Notes: a model not told the origin generated them from the letters alone. A DNA stretch of 63,936 bases, filler included, from Octopus bimaculoides (GCF_001194135.2; 5 parts of 5 records of this genome joined end to end with filler, not necessarily neighbours in it), one strand, 5' to 3'. Numbered from the whole stretch's first letter, positions 13,805 through 27,791 are shown. Numbers and translations: made by a program.

Positions 13805-13879
13805 TCGTGGAGACAAAGACAGACATGTAAACAAACAGTAAAAAACTCATGAAGACAAACGACATACTTCCAATATCTC

Positions 13880-13928
13880 TAAGGTAATGGAGACAGCTAT
13901 TAGCAACGACGTCCTGTACTACCCTGAG

Positions 13929-13980
<52 letters not shown>

Positions 13981-13992
13981 TCTCTCTGTCTT

Positions 13993-14050
<58 letters not shown>

Positions 14051-14420
14051 TTTAGCGACCTCCACTACGGTTTCCGTTGAGCCAAAGTCGCTGGTCACCA
14101 ACTCTTCTATGTCACCAACTAGTAACTTGTAAAAGCTACGTTGTCCACGACATCAACAAATCTTTCAATCGTGTGTAGTATGCTCATCTATTGAAATAGA
14201 CCCCATCCTCTGGGTTCTACCCGTTTCTCACCTCTTAGCTCGGTAGCTTCCTATCAGATCACACTATAAGGGCGTGTGATGACGGAACTCTTTCTGTCTC
14301 TTATTCTATTGACTCTGGCGTGCCAGAGTTTTGTCACTCAATCTCTTCCTTCTTTACATCAATGATTTACTTGCTGTCACGTTCAACAACGCTCGGATAA
14401 CATTACTCTTCATTTTTCCC
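13880..14420 (+). mobile_element. Decayed CR1/L2/Jockey-group LINE reverse transcriptase fragment, interrupted by (CT)n at ~13929-14049
   Basis: Motifs SD.HYGFR, DINKSFNRV, GSFLSDHTI, SGVP and LFLLYINDLL, with stops and frameshifts. Confidence 0.8.
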
Positions 14421-14438
14421 TAACATTATCTAACCATG

Positions 14439-14830
14439 GTGAAGGCACAATGGCCCAGTGGTTAGGGCAGCGGACTCGCGGTCATAGGATCGCGGTTTCG
14501 ATTCCCAGACCGGGCGTTGTGAGTGTTTATTGAGCGAAAACACCTAAAGCTCCACGAGGCTCCGGCAGGGGATGGTGGCGAACCCTGCTGTACTCTTTCA
14601 CCACAACTTTCTCTCACCCTTACTTCCTGTTTCTGTTGTGCCTGTAATTCAAAGGGTCAGCCTTGTCACACTGTGTCACGCTGAATACCCCCGAGAACTA
14701 CGTTAAGGGTACACGTGTCTGTGGAGTGCTCAGCCACTTGCACGTTAATTTCACGAGCAGGCTGTTCCGTTGATCGGATCGACTGGAACCCTCGACATCG
14801 TAAGCGACAGAGTGCCAACAACAACAACAA
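14439..14830 (+). mobile_element. tRNA-derived SINE family C, full length with (AAC)n tail
   Basis: TGGCCCAGTGGTTAGGGCAGCGGACTCGCGG...GGTTTCGATTCCC head. A near-identical inverted copy lies at ~37710-38098, a gapped copy at 49507-49740 and a decayed copy at ~40950-41210. Confidence 0.9.
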
Positions 14831-15372
14831 CATCATATCTAACCATGTATCATCTACTTGTACTCTACAGAGCACATACCGCATCTGATTTATTCCACGA
14901 ACAGAAACCTCGAAAGCATCTGCCAAGGAGATATGCCAAACATGTCTTTTCCAACAAAACAAGCTCTAATAATCCTTTCTTCTAAAGGCACAAGGCCTGA
15001 TTTTTTGTGGGGGAAGGGACTAGTCGATTACATCGACTCCAGTGTTTCACTGGTACTCCACTGGTATTCCACTGGTACTCCACTTGTACGGGTGGAAATG
15101 CAGATCTTCATGCAAAATACGCGTTACTGATCGATTACCGATGCCATGTTCAGTGGAATGCTTCACTGGTACTACTACAACTCTAGTGGAGGCGCGTGGC
15201 TTAGTGGTTAGGGTGTTGGACTCATGATTGTAAGATTGGGGTTTCGATTCCTAGACCGGCAATGCGTTGTGCTTTTGAGCAAAACACTTCATTTCACGTT
15301 GATGAGGAGACAAACACAGACAAAAGACAAACACTCACACACAGACAGACAGGACACACACACAGACAGACA

Positions 15373-15414
<42 letters not shown>

Positions 15415-16065
15415 GTATATAACGGGCTTCTTTCAGTTTTCGCCTGCCAAATCCTCTCACAAGGCTTTGATCGGCCCGGCGCTGTTATAGAAGTCACATA
15501 CCGAAGGTACCACACAGTGGGACTGAAACCGGAACCATAACCATGTGGTTGGGAAGCAAACTTCTTACTATACAGCCACACCTGCGCCTCTATGTACATT
15601 TTATAGTAACTAACGTGATGTAGCGTGTCACTGCTAAACTGATTTATCGGTGTTATAGAAATATAAAACCACTTTAACTGTTATCATAATTTTCATTTAT
15701 TTTGGTCGAATTTATAAGTCACTGAAGCCACCTCCCCCTCTCTATTTTACTCTTTTATTGGTTTTAGTCAATGAACTGCAGTCATGGTGGAGCATCCTCT
15801 TGAAGGGTTTAGTCGAACAAATCACCTCCAGCACTTATTTGAAGCTTGATACTTAGTGTATCGATCTCTTGTTTCGCCGACCGAATCCTCAAAGTTACAA
15901 GGACATAATGAAACAAACACCGGTTTTCAAGCGCGGATGGGGGAGAAACACAAAGTCTCACACACACGCACACACTCACGCACACGCACACACACACACA
16001 CACACGCATGCACGCTTATACGACAGGTTTCCACACAGTTTCCGCTTATCAGATTCACTTACAAG

Positions 16066-16234
16066 CAGGGCCGTCTTAGCTGTATTATAAGCTTCTGGGC
16101 AAATCAATACACTGGGACCAATAGTATTTATTCATTGACAAGCCGCAGGAATACATAGATTAAAATTGGGCCCCTATAAACCCGTGAATCCCCTGGGCAG
16201 CAGCCCAATGTGCCCATGCCTTAAGACGGCATTG
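16066..16234. mobile_element. Short MITE with GC-rich TIRs
   Basis: CAGGGCCGTCTTAG ... CTTAAGACGGCATTG with internal GGGCCCC motifs; a related-style element CAGTGGCGGACTGGCC.. lies at ~30436-30720. Confidence 0.5.
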
Positions 16235-16648
16235 CTTGCAAGGTATTGGTCGGCTCGGTGCTATATGGTAGAAGACACTTCGTCCAATGTGTCCAGAAGT
16301 GGGACAGGATCTAGGAGCACGTGATTGCGAAGCGAAAAGGCATACATAAAGCACACGCATTAGACAGATAGACGGACCGGCAGACAAGCAGACAGAGACA
16401 TTTACGCAGACAGCAGACGTGTGTGGGCGGAATTAGAAGCAACTAGACGCCATTCAAATAAAATACGAGCAAATGAAATGGGGGGTGGGGAAACAATACA
16501 TCCACACATACACACACACACACACACGCTCTCTCACACACAATGAATACATAAATATATATATGCATTACACAACCAACATCTACAATATCTACCACGA
16601 CACCACTACCACCATCATCGCCCTCATTATTACTACAACTAACACTAT

Positions 16649-16709
<61 letters not shown>

Positions 16710-17270
16710 ACTACTACTGCTTTAGAAAAACGACACCATTCCTAGACTCACCGACAACTCCTCACCAACGCTTTCCTCCACCAACCATCTCCTATGAGTT
16801 AAGGACTCCACTCACCCTCACCTCATCTCACCTCATCTCACCCCTTCTTATCTCAGATCCTTACTACTGCTTGAAGTAACTCTTAGGTAATTTAAGAAGT
16901 AGTAGAAATGGTTGCCGGATACTTAAGAAAAGCAGGTATTGTATCAAGGGTATACAGCTGTTGTTGTTGTTGCTGTGTAGCCTCGAGTCGGCCCCTAAAC
17001 GCGTAGAGCCATGGCTTCTTTTATCTTTTACTTTTTGCTTGTTTTAGTCATTAGACTGCGGTCATGCTGGGGCACTGCCTTAGGGGAATTTTAGTCGAAC
17101 CAATTGACTCAAATACCAATTTTCTTTTTAAGCCTCGCACTTATTCTATTGTTCACTTTTGCCGAACTGCCAAGTTACTTGGACATATACGCACCAACAC
17201 CGGTTGTCAAACAGTAATGGTGTGTGGTGGTGGTGGTGGGGGGGACGCACAGACGCACGCGTATATATAT

Positions 17271-17470
17271 TTGCGGTTGCTGAAAAGTTCCCGATTTTAA
17301 GGGTGTCGTAAAATGTCTGGTTGAAGGCCCAACCTTCCGAGTTCTGTAACAGGGCTTAGAAGAACTGAAGGACCGCTACAAAAAGTGTGTGAGTCTGAGA
17401 AGGGAATATGTTGAATAAAATGATAAGTAACTGACACTTCTGTATTTTCTTTTACCCCAAATCAGGATTC
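17271..17470 (+). mobile_element. Mariner internal-deletion derivative
   Basis: Mariner-like TIR GGTTGCTGAAAAGTTCCC follows a TA run; mariner C-terminus QGLEELKDRYKKCVSLRREYVE* is present. Confidence 0.7.
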
Positions 17471-18691
17471 TACTATAGCCTCGGTGCTGGTGTGTTCGTG
17501 TCTCCGTAACTTAGCGGTTCGGCAAAAGAAACCAACAGAATAAGTACTAGGCTTACAAAGAATAAGTCATGGGGGTGATTTCTTCGACTAAAACCCTCTA
17601 AGGTGGTGCTCCAGCGCGGCTACAGTCAAATGGCTGAAACAAGTAAAAGAACAAAAAAATATATATACGACGAGTTTCTTTTAGTTTCCGTCTACTAAAT
17701 CCACTCACAAGGCTTTGGTCGGCCCGAGGCTAAAGTGGAAAACACTTGCCCAAGGTGCCACGCAGTGTGACTTAACCAGGAACCATGTGGTTGGGAGGCA
17801 AGCTTCTTACCATATAAAACTTCTTTCAAACTGGCGTTCCAGGCGTGACTATCCAACTAAATTTGTTTGATAATGTAACTGGGTCTACTTACTTTATCCT
17901 TTCAGATACAGTATATTTAAGACTATATTACCCAATGTGTTGTTCGTTTTTTTTGAAGAGCGGCAGGTTTTTAGAATCTTTTTATATCGTATACTTTTTT
18001 TCGTGTTTCAGTCACTGGACTGTGGTCATGCTGGAGCACTGCCTGGAGCCGTTTTAGTCGAACCTATCGACCCCAGTACTTTTTTTTTTTTATAAAGTCT
18101 GGTACTTATTCTATCTGTCTCTTTAGCAAAACCTACAATTTACGGGACATAAAAAACCCAACACCAGTTCTCAAGCGGTGGTGGACACACACACACACGA
18201 CTGGCTTCCATACAGTTTCCGTCCTGCAAAATCATTCACAAAGCTTTGGTCGGTCCGGAGATATAGTAGAATATATTTGCCCAAAGTGTCACGCAGTTGA
18301 ACTGAATCTGAAACCACATGGTTGCAAAGCGAGATTCTTAACTATTTCTGGCCTGTCCACGTCGTGGATTCTCCGTGAGCCCTGGGATTTTCTCTCGTAT
18401 TGGTTCACACTATAGTTGTTGGTCATTTTGTTGTTGTTTAACCCATTGTCTCAGCCCTGATCGAGTTGACCAGGGAGCAAAGGTATTTCAGCCATGATCA
18501 TTCCAGCCATGAGAACTCCAGCCATGAGTATCCCGTCTTTAAGTATATTAGGACTGCACTGTCCAATATCTCCTACTTTTTTTTAAGACGATAAGGTATG
18601 ATGCGAGAGAGAGACTGGTATGATGCGAGATCATCCACGGAAAGGCTCCCTCTTGTGTAGCAAAAAAACAAAAAAAACAAAAAACAAATTA

Positions 18692-19095
18692 TACAGGGCA
18701 GAGAGGGCAGACGTTTTTGAAATGGCTATTACTCAGCTCCAGTGGGAGCATCATATGTCCGACAGGTACCATTCGGTCCGTGGTGTCTTAGCATGCTTTT
18801 TCTTTTCACGTGAAGCCATGGCACTGTGGACGATAGAGCATCACGTGTTCGCCTACGACAGTTATGTGAAGTATAACGAGTTTGTCAGCCGTTCAGCTTG
18901 AGTTTCGGCGTCGCTTCAACATTCACCGAAATTAGGCTATTCCCACGCGTAGCACAATCTTACGTTGGGTAAATGCACTTCGTACACGAGGTACACTAAT
19001 GAATAGCAGACCGGTGGGGGTGTCACGAATGGTACGGACTCCGGAAAATGTGGAACGCATCGGACAAGCTTTGATACGGAGTCCGAATCGCTACT
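18692..19095 (+). mobile_element. 5'-truncated-at-3' Tc1/mariner remnant with DUF4817-like HTH N-terminus
   Basis: TA-CAGGG terminus at 18692. From 18818 it reads MALWTIEHHVFAYDSYVKYNE, then after a frameshift EFRRRFNIHRN*AIPTRSTILRWVNALRTRGTLMNSRPVGVSRMVRTPENVERIGQALIRSPNR. Confidence 0.8.
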
Positions 19096-20022
19096 GTGTA
19101 TTCAGGAGTTGGAGAAAGACAATACTTCTGATTTCTGAATTGGTTACAGATTCTAGGTAGGTCACTGCATCTGAGGAAGCTGGGAGCTGATAAGCATCTT
19201 AAACTACTCACAGCTCTAGTCGTAGTAGGATGGCCTCCATCGGGTTAATGTATTATAGACTAGAAGGTGAACTCCTCAATAACGCCTTGGTATCCGGATG
19301 GATTTAGCAAATCTTAAATTTAATGAGTCCAAATTATATCTGTTCACTACCTGACATTACTTACTTTATGCCAAATCATTAGAACAACAACAACAACAAC
19401 AACAATGATGATGATGATTTTCAGTATTGGCACAAGGCCTTAAATCTAGAGAAATCCAACGTTTCGGATAGTGTCCTACTTCAGGGACAATTTGAAAGGA
19501 AGGAAATAAATGAAACACAATAGAATTTTGCACCCTCTAAGTTAAAAATAAATAAATAAACAACAAAAACATAAAAAAACTGGTTGTTACAAGTTCTCTT
19601 TTTAACTTAGAGTATCTAAAACTCTGCAGTCTCTCATTTATCTCACTCTTTACAAATCTTCCCCGAAGAAAGACACATTTTATTGATTTCACTACATCAC
19701 ATACACCCCCCACACACACATACACACACACACACACACANNNNNNNNNNNNNNNNNNNNNNNNNNNNNNNNNNNNNNNNNNNNNNNNNNNNNNNNNNNN
19801 NNNNNNNNNNNNNNNNNNNNNNNNNNNNNNNNNNNNNNNNNNNNNNNNNNNNNNNNNNNNNNNNNNNNNNNNNNNNNNNNNNNNNNNNNNNNNNNNNNNN
19901 NNNNNNNNNNNNNNNNNNNNNNNNNNNNNNNNNNNNNNNNNNNNNNNNNNNNNNNNNNNNNNNNNNNNNNNNNNNNNNNNNNNNNNNNNNNNNNNNNNNN
20001 NNNNNNNNNNNNNNNNNNNNNN

Positions 20023-20333
20023 AAATTTTTATATTTAAAAGAGATAGAGACTTCGAACTCGACAGATCCATATTCCATTTATTTACCATCCTATGTCAAC
20101 ATTTCTGTGCCCAAACCTATCCAGCGACTGATCCATTGGATGTCTGACGTTTGGCACTTCCTCAGGAATGGTTTACATCAGAACAAATTACGAAAAAACA
20201 CACAAACGTCAGACATTCAATGGATAAGTCGCTGGATAGGTTTGGGCACAGAAATGTTGACATAGGATGGTAAATAAATGGAATATGGATCTGTCAAGTT
20301 CGAAGTCTCTATCTCTTTTAAATATAAAAATTT
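20023..20333. repeat. Near-perfect long inverted repeat (foldback/MITE)
   Basis: ~130-bp arms (20023-~20153 and ~20203-20333) differ at 3 positions by eye and enclose a ~50-bp spacer; the left arm abuts an N gap. Confidence 0.92.
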
Positions 20334-20552
20334 AAAACCTTGAAATATATATATATACATTCGCTGCTTTTTTCCAAGGAATCTTGTACTCTTAGCTTAG
20401 TTTTTCCTTAGTTTTTCAAGTATAACCAGCCAAAATTGCAAAGATAATTTGGAACTTGACTGAAGAAAGAAAACTCCGAATGACACGTCCTTGTTTTTTT
20501 GTATCATTTAACTGTCTGGATGTTTTGCGTTCTTGTCCCATTTTTGGTATTC

Positions 20553-20589
<37 letters not shown>

Positions 20590-21011
20590 ATCACGTGACT
20601 TCCTGACTGTTTTATATACAATATATATCTATATACATATATTTGGACGGGTATATATATATGTACTTATGAATATATATATGTGTGTGTGTATGTTTGT
20701 GTGTATGTGTGTGTGTTTATAGTTTAACTATCCAATATCAATGACATGTACATCATTTGTATACTTAATCCGGATAAATTCGCGTCTTCCGTTCTTCAAT
20801 TTCGGTTGATGACGTAACTGCCTGGACTTCGCAGAAAGCCAACTCGATTGAAGAGACATATTTCGTCTCCCGATACTATTTATATTTATTTGAATATATT
20901 TCTGCTTCGTATTAAAAATTTTGCCGTCGTTTTTAGCCAGTTAGGTCACACACACACACACACACGCGCGCACAAATTTGAACTCTGAATTTCCCTACTG
21001 GTTAAATCCTT

Positions 21012-21050
<39 letters not shown>

Positions 21051-23559
21051 AAACGAAAGAAAGGGCACTGAACATATTTATTGGGAGTTACATGCATTAT
21101 CAGCGATCACGGTGAATTGACTTAAGAAAATAGTCTAATACTGGGGCATATAGGCCCACAACAGAAAGAACGTGGGTTTTCCGTATGCATGGGACCCGAA
21201 CTTACTCCGCTATGTTTTCGCGACATGTGTGGTGTCATTTACGCCAACATACCTACTCACCACTTCCCGTCAGATTTAAGAACTATAATTACATAGTGTT
21301 GTTTATATATATATATATATNNNNNNNNNNNNNNNNNNNNNNNNNNNNNNNNNNNNNNNNNNNNNNNNNNNNNNNNNNNNNNNNNNNNNNNNNNNNNNNN
21401 NNNNNNNNNNNNNNNNNNNNNNNNNNNNNNNNNNNNNNNNNNNNNNNNNNNNNNNNNNNNNNNNNNNNNNNNNNNNNNNNNNNNNNNNNNNNNNNNNNNN
21501 NNNNNNNNNNNNNNNNNNNNNNNNNNNNNNNNNNNNNNNNNNNNNNNNNNNAAAATAATAATAACCAGAGTACAGAAAACACACAAGCCACATAGAGAAC
21601 ATTTTCCTTCATCAGCTACCCCCGTTTTAACACCGGCGTTTCGAAGAGTTGGGCAGGACGCATCGTTAAAACGGCTCTTCCCATGGACCGCAAATTAAAT
21701 TTGTATACACAAATTAAACTTGTGCCATGGAGGAATGTAGTGGCGGACAAAAAACAAGACAGAAAAACAAACGGAAAAGAAAACAAGACAGGAAAACAAA
21801 CGGAAAAGGCTATGCGGCCAGACGTGAAAAATTATGTGTATATGAACGCTGTGAGGCACGAACTTGAAAGTGGGGACGAAGTAAGTTCGCGTGTTTGCTC
21901 GGCGTGCTTCAGAATTCATTTTTCTAAATATTTTGACGAATAACCCTATTTACAGCTCCAAATATTGTTCCAAATATTGCTTTCCCAGTGCTTGTTGATT
22001 CACTAAATAAATTCAAATCTGTTGCTATTTGTTCCGGCTGTCGCGACTGTTTGGACATTTTACAGGGACAGCTTGATTGCTGGAACATTTTATGTATTGG
22101 CAATATCCGATGATATTTATTTGCGTACATTTATGCTTCGAACATTTTGAGTGTCAGCTAAGCTACTTCTTGTCCATATCTATACATATACAAGCATATC
22201 TGAACTTACGTGAATACGAGTTACATCTTTTTCGACTTCACTTCGTTTATTTTGTTTGTTTTTTCCAAGAAATTAATGCAAAAATCAAGCTCAACTTCAG
22301 CCGATTTCTTCAATTTTACATCGGTCTCAGAAAAAAAGACAAACAAACAAACAAACAAAAAACAATTAAAAACATTAAAAAAATCCACTTAAAAACCAAT
22401 GCTGAAGTGGAAAATCAAATAGAATACATGCGAATATATATACAAACCATTCATTAAAACAAATTGAGGTAATGAATTTTTGAAATATCTTTTCGTGTTA
22501 CATCGCTTTTCGAGTCGCATGTCTTGGAACAGTAACAGACGTAAGTTGATGTATATATGTGTGTGTGTGCGTGTGTGCATGTGTGTGTGTGTATGTATGT
22601 GTGTGTATGTGTGTGTGTGTGTGCGTGTGCGCGTGTGAGTGTGTTAGAGTAAAGTTGGATTTACTGAAATCTTTTCGTGTTCCTTATGTAGTCCTCGGTA
22701 TGAATTCCGAGGTATTTACACGCTAAGACTGGTATTTAATGCTGTGATTCCATAAAAATAATGTCCGAAGGTGTAGCAAATCCAGGTAGATGTGACTGAT
22801 CGAATGAGTTATAATACTCGCAGAGTAAAATAGAAGACAAAGCGGATGATATCAGTTTAGCATAAGTCTAATATTGTTTACAACTGTTTTCAATAGCATT
22901 CCGTTTCATACCACATTACACTTTAATGATTATGTATTATAAATTACACAACAACTGTATAAATTATAAGCGGTTGAAATAGTGAGAAATGCCATCTTCG
23001 TCAGAAGCTTATTAAACTAGTTATTAGACATGATAAATGATACAAGTTTACTAATATTGTACTGTGCAAGTTACTAGTCTGTTTAAGGTACTAGCAAACT
23101 AGTCTGGTGACCGCAGGAGTGTAAAGTTCCTACTTGTATATTAGTGTTGTACACACACACACACACACAAAGAGTGAGGGCGTGTATTTATATGACAAAA
23201 TATAACGAACATCACGAATGACGTACGATCGACTAACTTTTGATAGACCTGAACAAGCTACTTATTGAATTAGTGTGCATAATGACTGCATATTCCAGAG
23301 ACTCATGTACCATTAATGCTAGTTGTATCAGCGTGACACTATGTGATAAGGCATCATATTTGATTTACAGGTACATTCCACCCGACGGAATTTTACAGAG
23401 TTTCCGTTTATCCAATTTCACTCACAAAGCTTGTGTCGAAGCGATCCATGGCAAAAGAATTTATGTCCATGGTGCCGCGAGTCGATCTGAACCCACATCG
23501 ACTCTCCGGAAGAACTGAGGGACAAATCCAGGTTGGTAATCTTTTAAGTAATAACTTGG

Positions 23560-23770
23560 CAAGAACCTTACCAACAGCTTCAAGCAAGCTGATACTATGA
23601 TAGTTGTTCCATATTATTTTAGATCCTTTCCTTGAGAAGTAATAACATAGCTTCCATATCTCAAAAGCCTGACTGGTATCACAATCAGGTCAGGAGCCTT
23701 TTTAGTATTTATTCTCATAATTGCCGATTCTACCTCAGCCAATGTAGGTAAATCCTTCATTTCTGCGAAC
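23560..23770 (-). mobile_element. RTE-like LINE ORF2 fragment
   Basis: LPTLAEVESAIMRINTKKAPDLIVIPVRLLRYG resembles the P..EV..AI....KAPG.D.IP.E motif that precedes RT. Confidence 0.65.
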
Positions 23771-24200
23771 CGAAAGTTATGTTACAGACGGACAGATTTC
23801 CAGCTTCAGCCGTTTGTTCAACTAGATTATGTTCATCACTGAGGTCAGCTTTGCCCTGCTTCCTTTCGCGGTCGATAAAAAAAGTAGCAGTCATGTACTG
23901 GGGTCGACTGTTATTTCCCCGCTAAAATTTCTTGTGTCTTTGCCCGAAATAATTTTAGAGTAATGATTTGGTAGAAACGTTAGAGCAGGGAGCAAACTGC
24001 TTTGCAGCGCTTGTTCCGGCTCTTCGCGTCCTAGGTTCAGATCTCAACTAAGTCGACTTTGCTTTCTTTCCTCCAGGTCGATTGAATAAAGTACCACTCA
24101 AATACTTGGACAGATTCAATGTACAAATGCTTCTCTTTCTCCACCGAAATTTCTAGCCTTGTGTCTATGCTAATGACAACTATTACTGCTGCTGCTGTGG

Positions 24201-24272
<72 letters not shown>

Positions 24273-24472
24273 TCAAATAGCGTTCTTACTCCAGCCAAAG
24301 GCTATCAGACATGATTTCAGCTGAATGAGCAAGTTAATTCAAGTAATTTCTGATTGGCTCACTAACCGTGATTAACTGTACTGTTAATCAATTAATTATT
24401 TCATTAGTTAATGATAATATATATGACGATGTGTTAACATAGATATCTCAACATGGCGATGAAACTCGGTCA

Positions 24473-24510
<38 letters not shown>

Positions 24511-25499
24511 ACGTATGTGCATCACAAATGCATAAAGACTGACACACTCATATACACACATACGAAATGCATAAAAATACACACACACACACACACACAG
24601 ATGTATACATACACACAGATGTATACATACACACATAGATACATACACACATTCACACACACATACATACACACATGCACACACATGCAAATACTTATAT
24701 ACAAAAAGAGATACTTATATGCACACAAACATACACACAGACGCATACATACACATACACGCGCATGTGCACGCGCGCGAACACACACACACACACACAC
24801 ACACACGTAGAGTTCATTTGAGTCACTATGGAAGCCTCTATGTGGTTACTCGACCAGCTAGAAATAGTAGCCAAAGTCTTCTCCAAGACAAACCCTGATG
24901 TCTTAAACAGGGAAAGGTCGCCTTAGCCCTTTAGCATTCAGAATACTCTGTCAAATGTAAAGCTTATTTATTCACATTGCTTTGAATGCATCATGCATTA
25001 ACTTGTAGCCTCGATGATGCGGTTGTTCATTTTTAGAATGACATTGTAAGGTAGATGTGAGAAGCTAATTTGAACATGGAACAAGTAGAATAGTTGGCCG
25101 GATATAACCGGCTTCATATGATCGTAAGATTGTTGTCTCGACTCCTGGACCGGGCAATGAATTGTGTTCTTGAGCAAAACACTTCACTTGACGTTGCTTC
25201 AGTTCACTTAGCTGGTAAAAACGAATATTCCCGTGACCCACCGGCGGAGAGTATATAGACCAGAGAATCCGAGAAACCGGCCCTATGAGTGTATATGACT
25301 CAGTCAGGAGCCTTGTCCTTTCTTTTAATAAAATAATATAGCCTAGCATATCCTTAACAAGGATAATGGAATTCACATTTGAAATATCTTTGAACAAAGG
25401 TTTGCATAGGTCTGCCTCCATTAGGATGACTTGGAGTTTAACAACAACAACAACAACAACAACAAAAGAATAAGAAAACAGTAGAATCTCATGCAGTAG

Positions 25500-26250
25500 A
25501 AAATATATATTAGCAACAGAGGCAGTATTAATACCAAGTGGTAATATTTATGCCCACTTAAATGGGGATGTCCTGCAGTATGTACTGCGGTAGATAGATA
25601 CTCTTATATAGTCTTTTGGTGCAGAATGCATGCTTGTTTGTTTATATTGTCAGCGGAGAGATAAATCCCGCCTAGTTGCAACGCCAAGACTGTCAGATTA
25701 CGTGATTTCGATCTTCCTTGATCTCATCGATGAGGTACGCTCGATTGCTAAAGCTAACAGCGACTCATCTCTCCGCTAGCGATATATAGAAAATAAATGC
25801 CTGCTCAGGCACTGGTGTCACGGTTTGCCAATTAGCTTGTTAAAACATATATGTATTAGCAACAGAGGCAGTTTTAATACCGAGAAGTAATATGTATGCC
25901 GACTTAAACGTGGATGTCCTGTTAGAACATACTATACTGCAGTAGATACCATGAGAGAAACTCTCATATTGGTTTTCGGTGCAGAATGCACTCTTGTTTA
26001 CATCGCTAGCGGGGAGATAAATCCATGACATTTTCAGCTCATAGAGCGTCCGTCATTGACAAGACCAAAAAAGGTCGAATTCAGGTGATCTAGTGGTCTT
26101 AACGCTGGAGATGGCGGGGATTTATCTCTCCGCTAGCTATATAAACAAACGTGCAATTTGCACGAAAAGCCAATATGAGAGATTCTCTCATGGTATAATT
26201 TGTTCTAACAGAACATCCATGTTTAAAAGGGGATAAATATTATATTACAT
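25500..26250. repeat. Cluster of three ~150-180-bp related units, two direct and one inverted
   Basis: Units at ~25505-25670 and ~25850-26026 (TATTAGCAACAGAGGCAG...GGAGAGATAAATCC) and an inverted copy at ~26113-26250. Confidence 0.8.
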
Positions 26251-26388
26251 ACAGTAGAGCCACTTTAAGGGGCCAACGGGGTTGTCCACCATACTGCTTG
26301 ACCTGACACATCAGCGTAACAACTACCAACAATTACGAACACCGCCAACAACACGTTCACCACCACCACCACCACCACCACCACCACC

Positions 26389-26488
26389 NNNNNNNNNNNN
26401 NNNNNNNNNNNNNNNNNNNNNNNNNNNNNNNNTTAATTAATTAANNNNNNNNNNNNNNNNNNNNNNNNNNNNNNNNNNNNNNNNNNNN
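26389..26488. other. Artificial contig-join spacer N44-TTAATTAATTAA-N44; also at 53124-53223, 58057-58156 and 61146-61245
   Basis: An identical 100-base construct occurs four times; TTAATTAATTAA places a stop in all six frames, as in assembly linkers. Confidence 0.95.
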
Positions 26489-26830
26489 AGCCCATCCCGC
26501 TCAAAAGGTCACTGAATAAGGTTTGTTTAAGGATGTTGAGCAAAACACCCATGTTTCTAGAGGTGAATTATTCAAACTCCAATGAATTCCTCTCAACACA
26601 TGGCTATGATGCTCCCCCACTACTTCTGCTCGTGATCAGAGATTTACATATTGTCAGCCACTAAGGAACAAGCTCAACTGGTTAAGGTCAAACAACTGAC
26701 AAGCAAATTTGTGGTATTGAGCAGAATATTTGCTGTAGCCCATCTTTTTATACCAAGACAAAACAATGTACATAATAACACTTCCAATCAAGATCAGAAG
26801 CCATGAGAGCCACTGCCTGGTCCTGCATCA
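26489..26830 (+). mobile_element. Interspersed repeat family E (probable LINE 3' end); inverted copies at ~47545-47830 and ~62420-62870
   Basis: Three clearly homologous copies (..CTACTTCTGCT(C/T)GTGATCAGAGA..GCAAATCTGTGGTATTGAGC..); LINE origin is inferred. Confidence 0.7.
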
Positions 26831-26839
26831 TTATTATCA

Positions 26840-26920
<81 letters not shown>

Positions 26921-27791
26921 AGGCATGAGCTGGCAGAATTGTTAGCATGCCATATGAAATGTTTAGTGGTATTTCATTTGTCTTTGTGTTCTGATTTGGT
27001 ATGGTTTTCTACGCTTGGATGCCCTTCCTAATGCCAACCACTCCAAGAGTGTAATGGGTGCTTTTACATGCCACTGGCACCGGTGCCATTTGTATGACAC
27101 TGGTATCTGCTGTGACTGTGAGTTTGCTCGGCTTGGTAGTCTTCTTCTCAAGCACAACATAATGCCAAAGGCCTTGGTCATTGCCTCTGTGAGGCCCAAC
27201 ACTTGAAAGGAACCCAGCCACTTTGCCTCCGTGAGGCCCAATACAAGAATACTCAAAAGAAAATCAGTTACTTTGCTCCTGTGAGGCCCAATGCTTGAAA
27301 GGAACTCAGCCATTTTGCCTCCATCAGGCCCAACGTTCAAAGGATGTTCTTTACATGCCACCAGCATGGGTGCATTTGGCTTGATGGGCCTTCTCAAGCA
27401 CAATATATTGCCAAAGGTCTCAGTCACTAGTCATTGCCTCTACTTAATAAACTACTTAATCCCCAAAATGCTGATAGATGCCTCCGTCTTCTCCAGGACT
27501 TAGTACAAGGAAATGTTGAGTAGAATTGTGGAGTGTTTCAACCCTATGAGTTCTTACCTGCATTAGGTAGGCAGCCCTAAATATTTTCTGTTTTTCAAAT
27601 TCAAATTATATCACATTTTAATTTTTGTGCATTTTAAATTATTTTATTTCATTAAATTTTTAATTCACTTACTGTATAACATCTGCACCCTTCTCCCAGT
27701 TGTCAGCCTCTCACACACTTTGTAAACATCAGGTTCTTTAATGATCATATTGTGGTTAATAAAAAAAGACGATAATAATGATTATTATTAC

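Noticed and set aside
14439-14520. tRNA-like sequences with A and B boxes
   Set aside because: They are SINE heads continuing into SINE bodies, with no intact cloverleaf; not called as tRNA genes.
26433-26444. Palindrome TTAATTAATTAA recurring four times
   Set aside because: Always centred in N44 flanks; an assembly spacer, not biology.
27670-27720. Segment ending in a strong GTAAGT donor with VRG*/ADNW similarity to the expected RGCAD exon
   Set aside because: No good acceptor, an in-frame TGA, a required frameshift, and none of the remaining cysteines follow.
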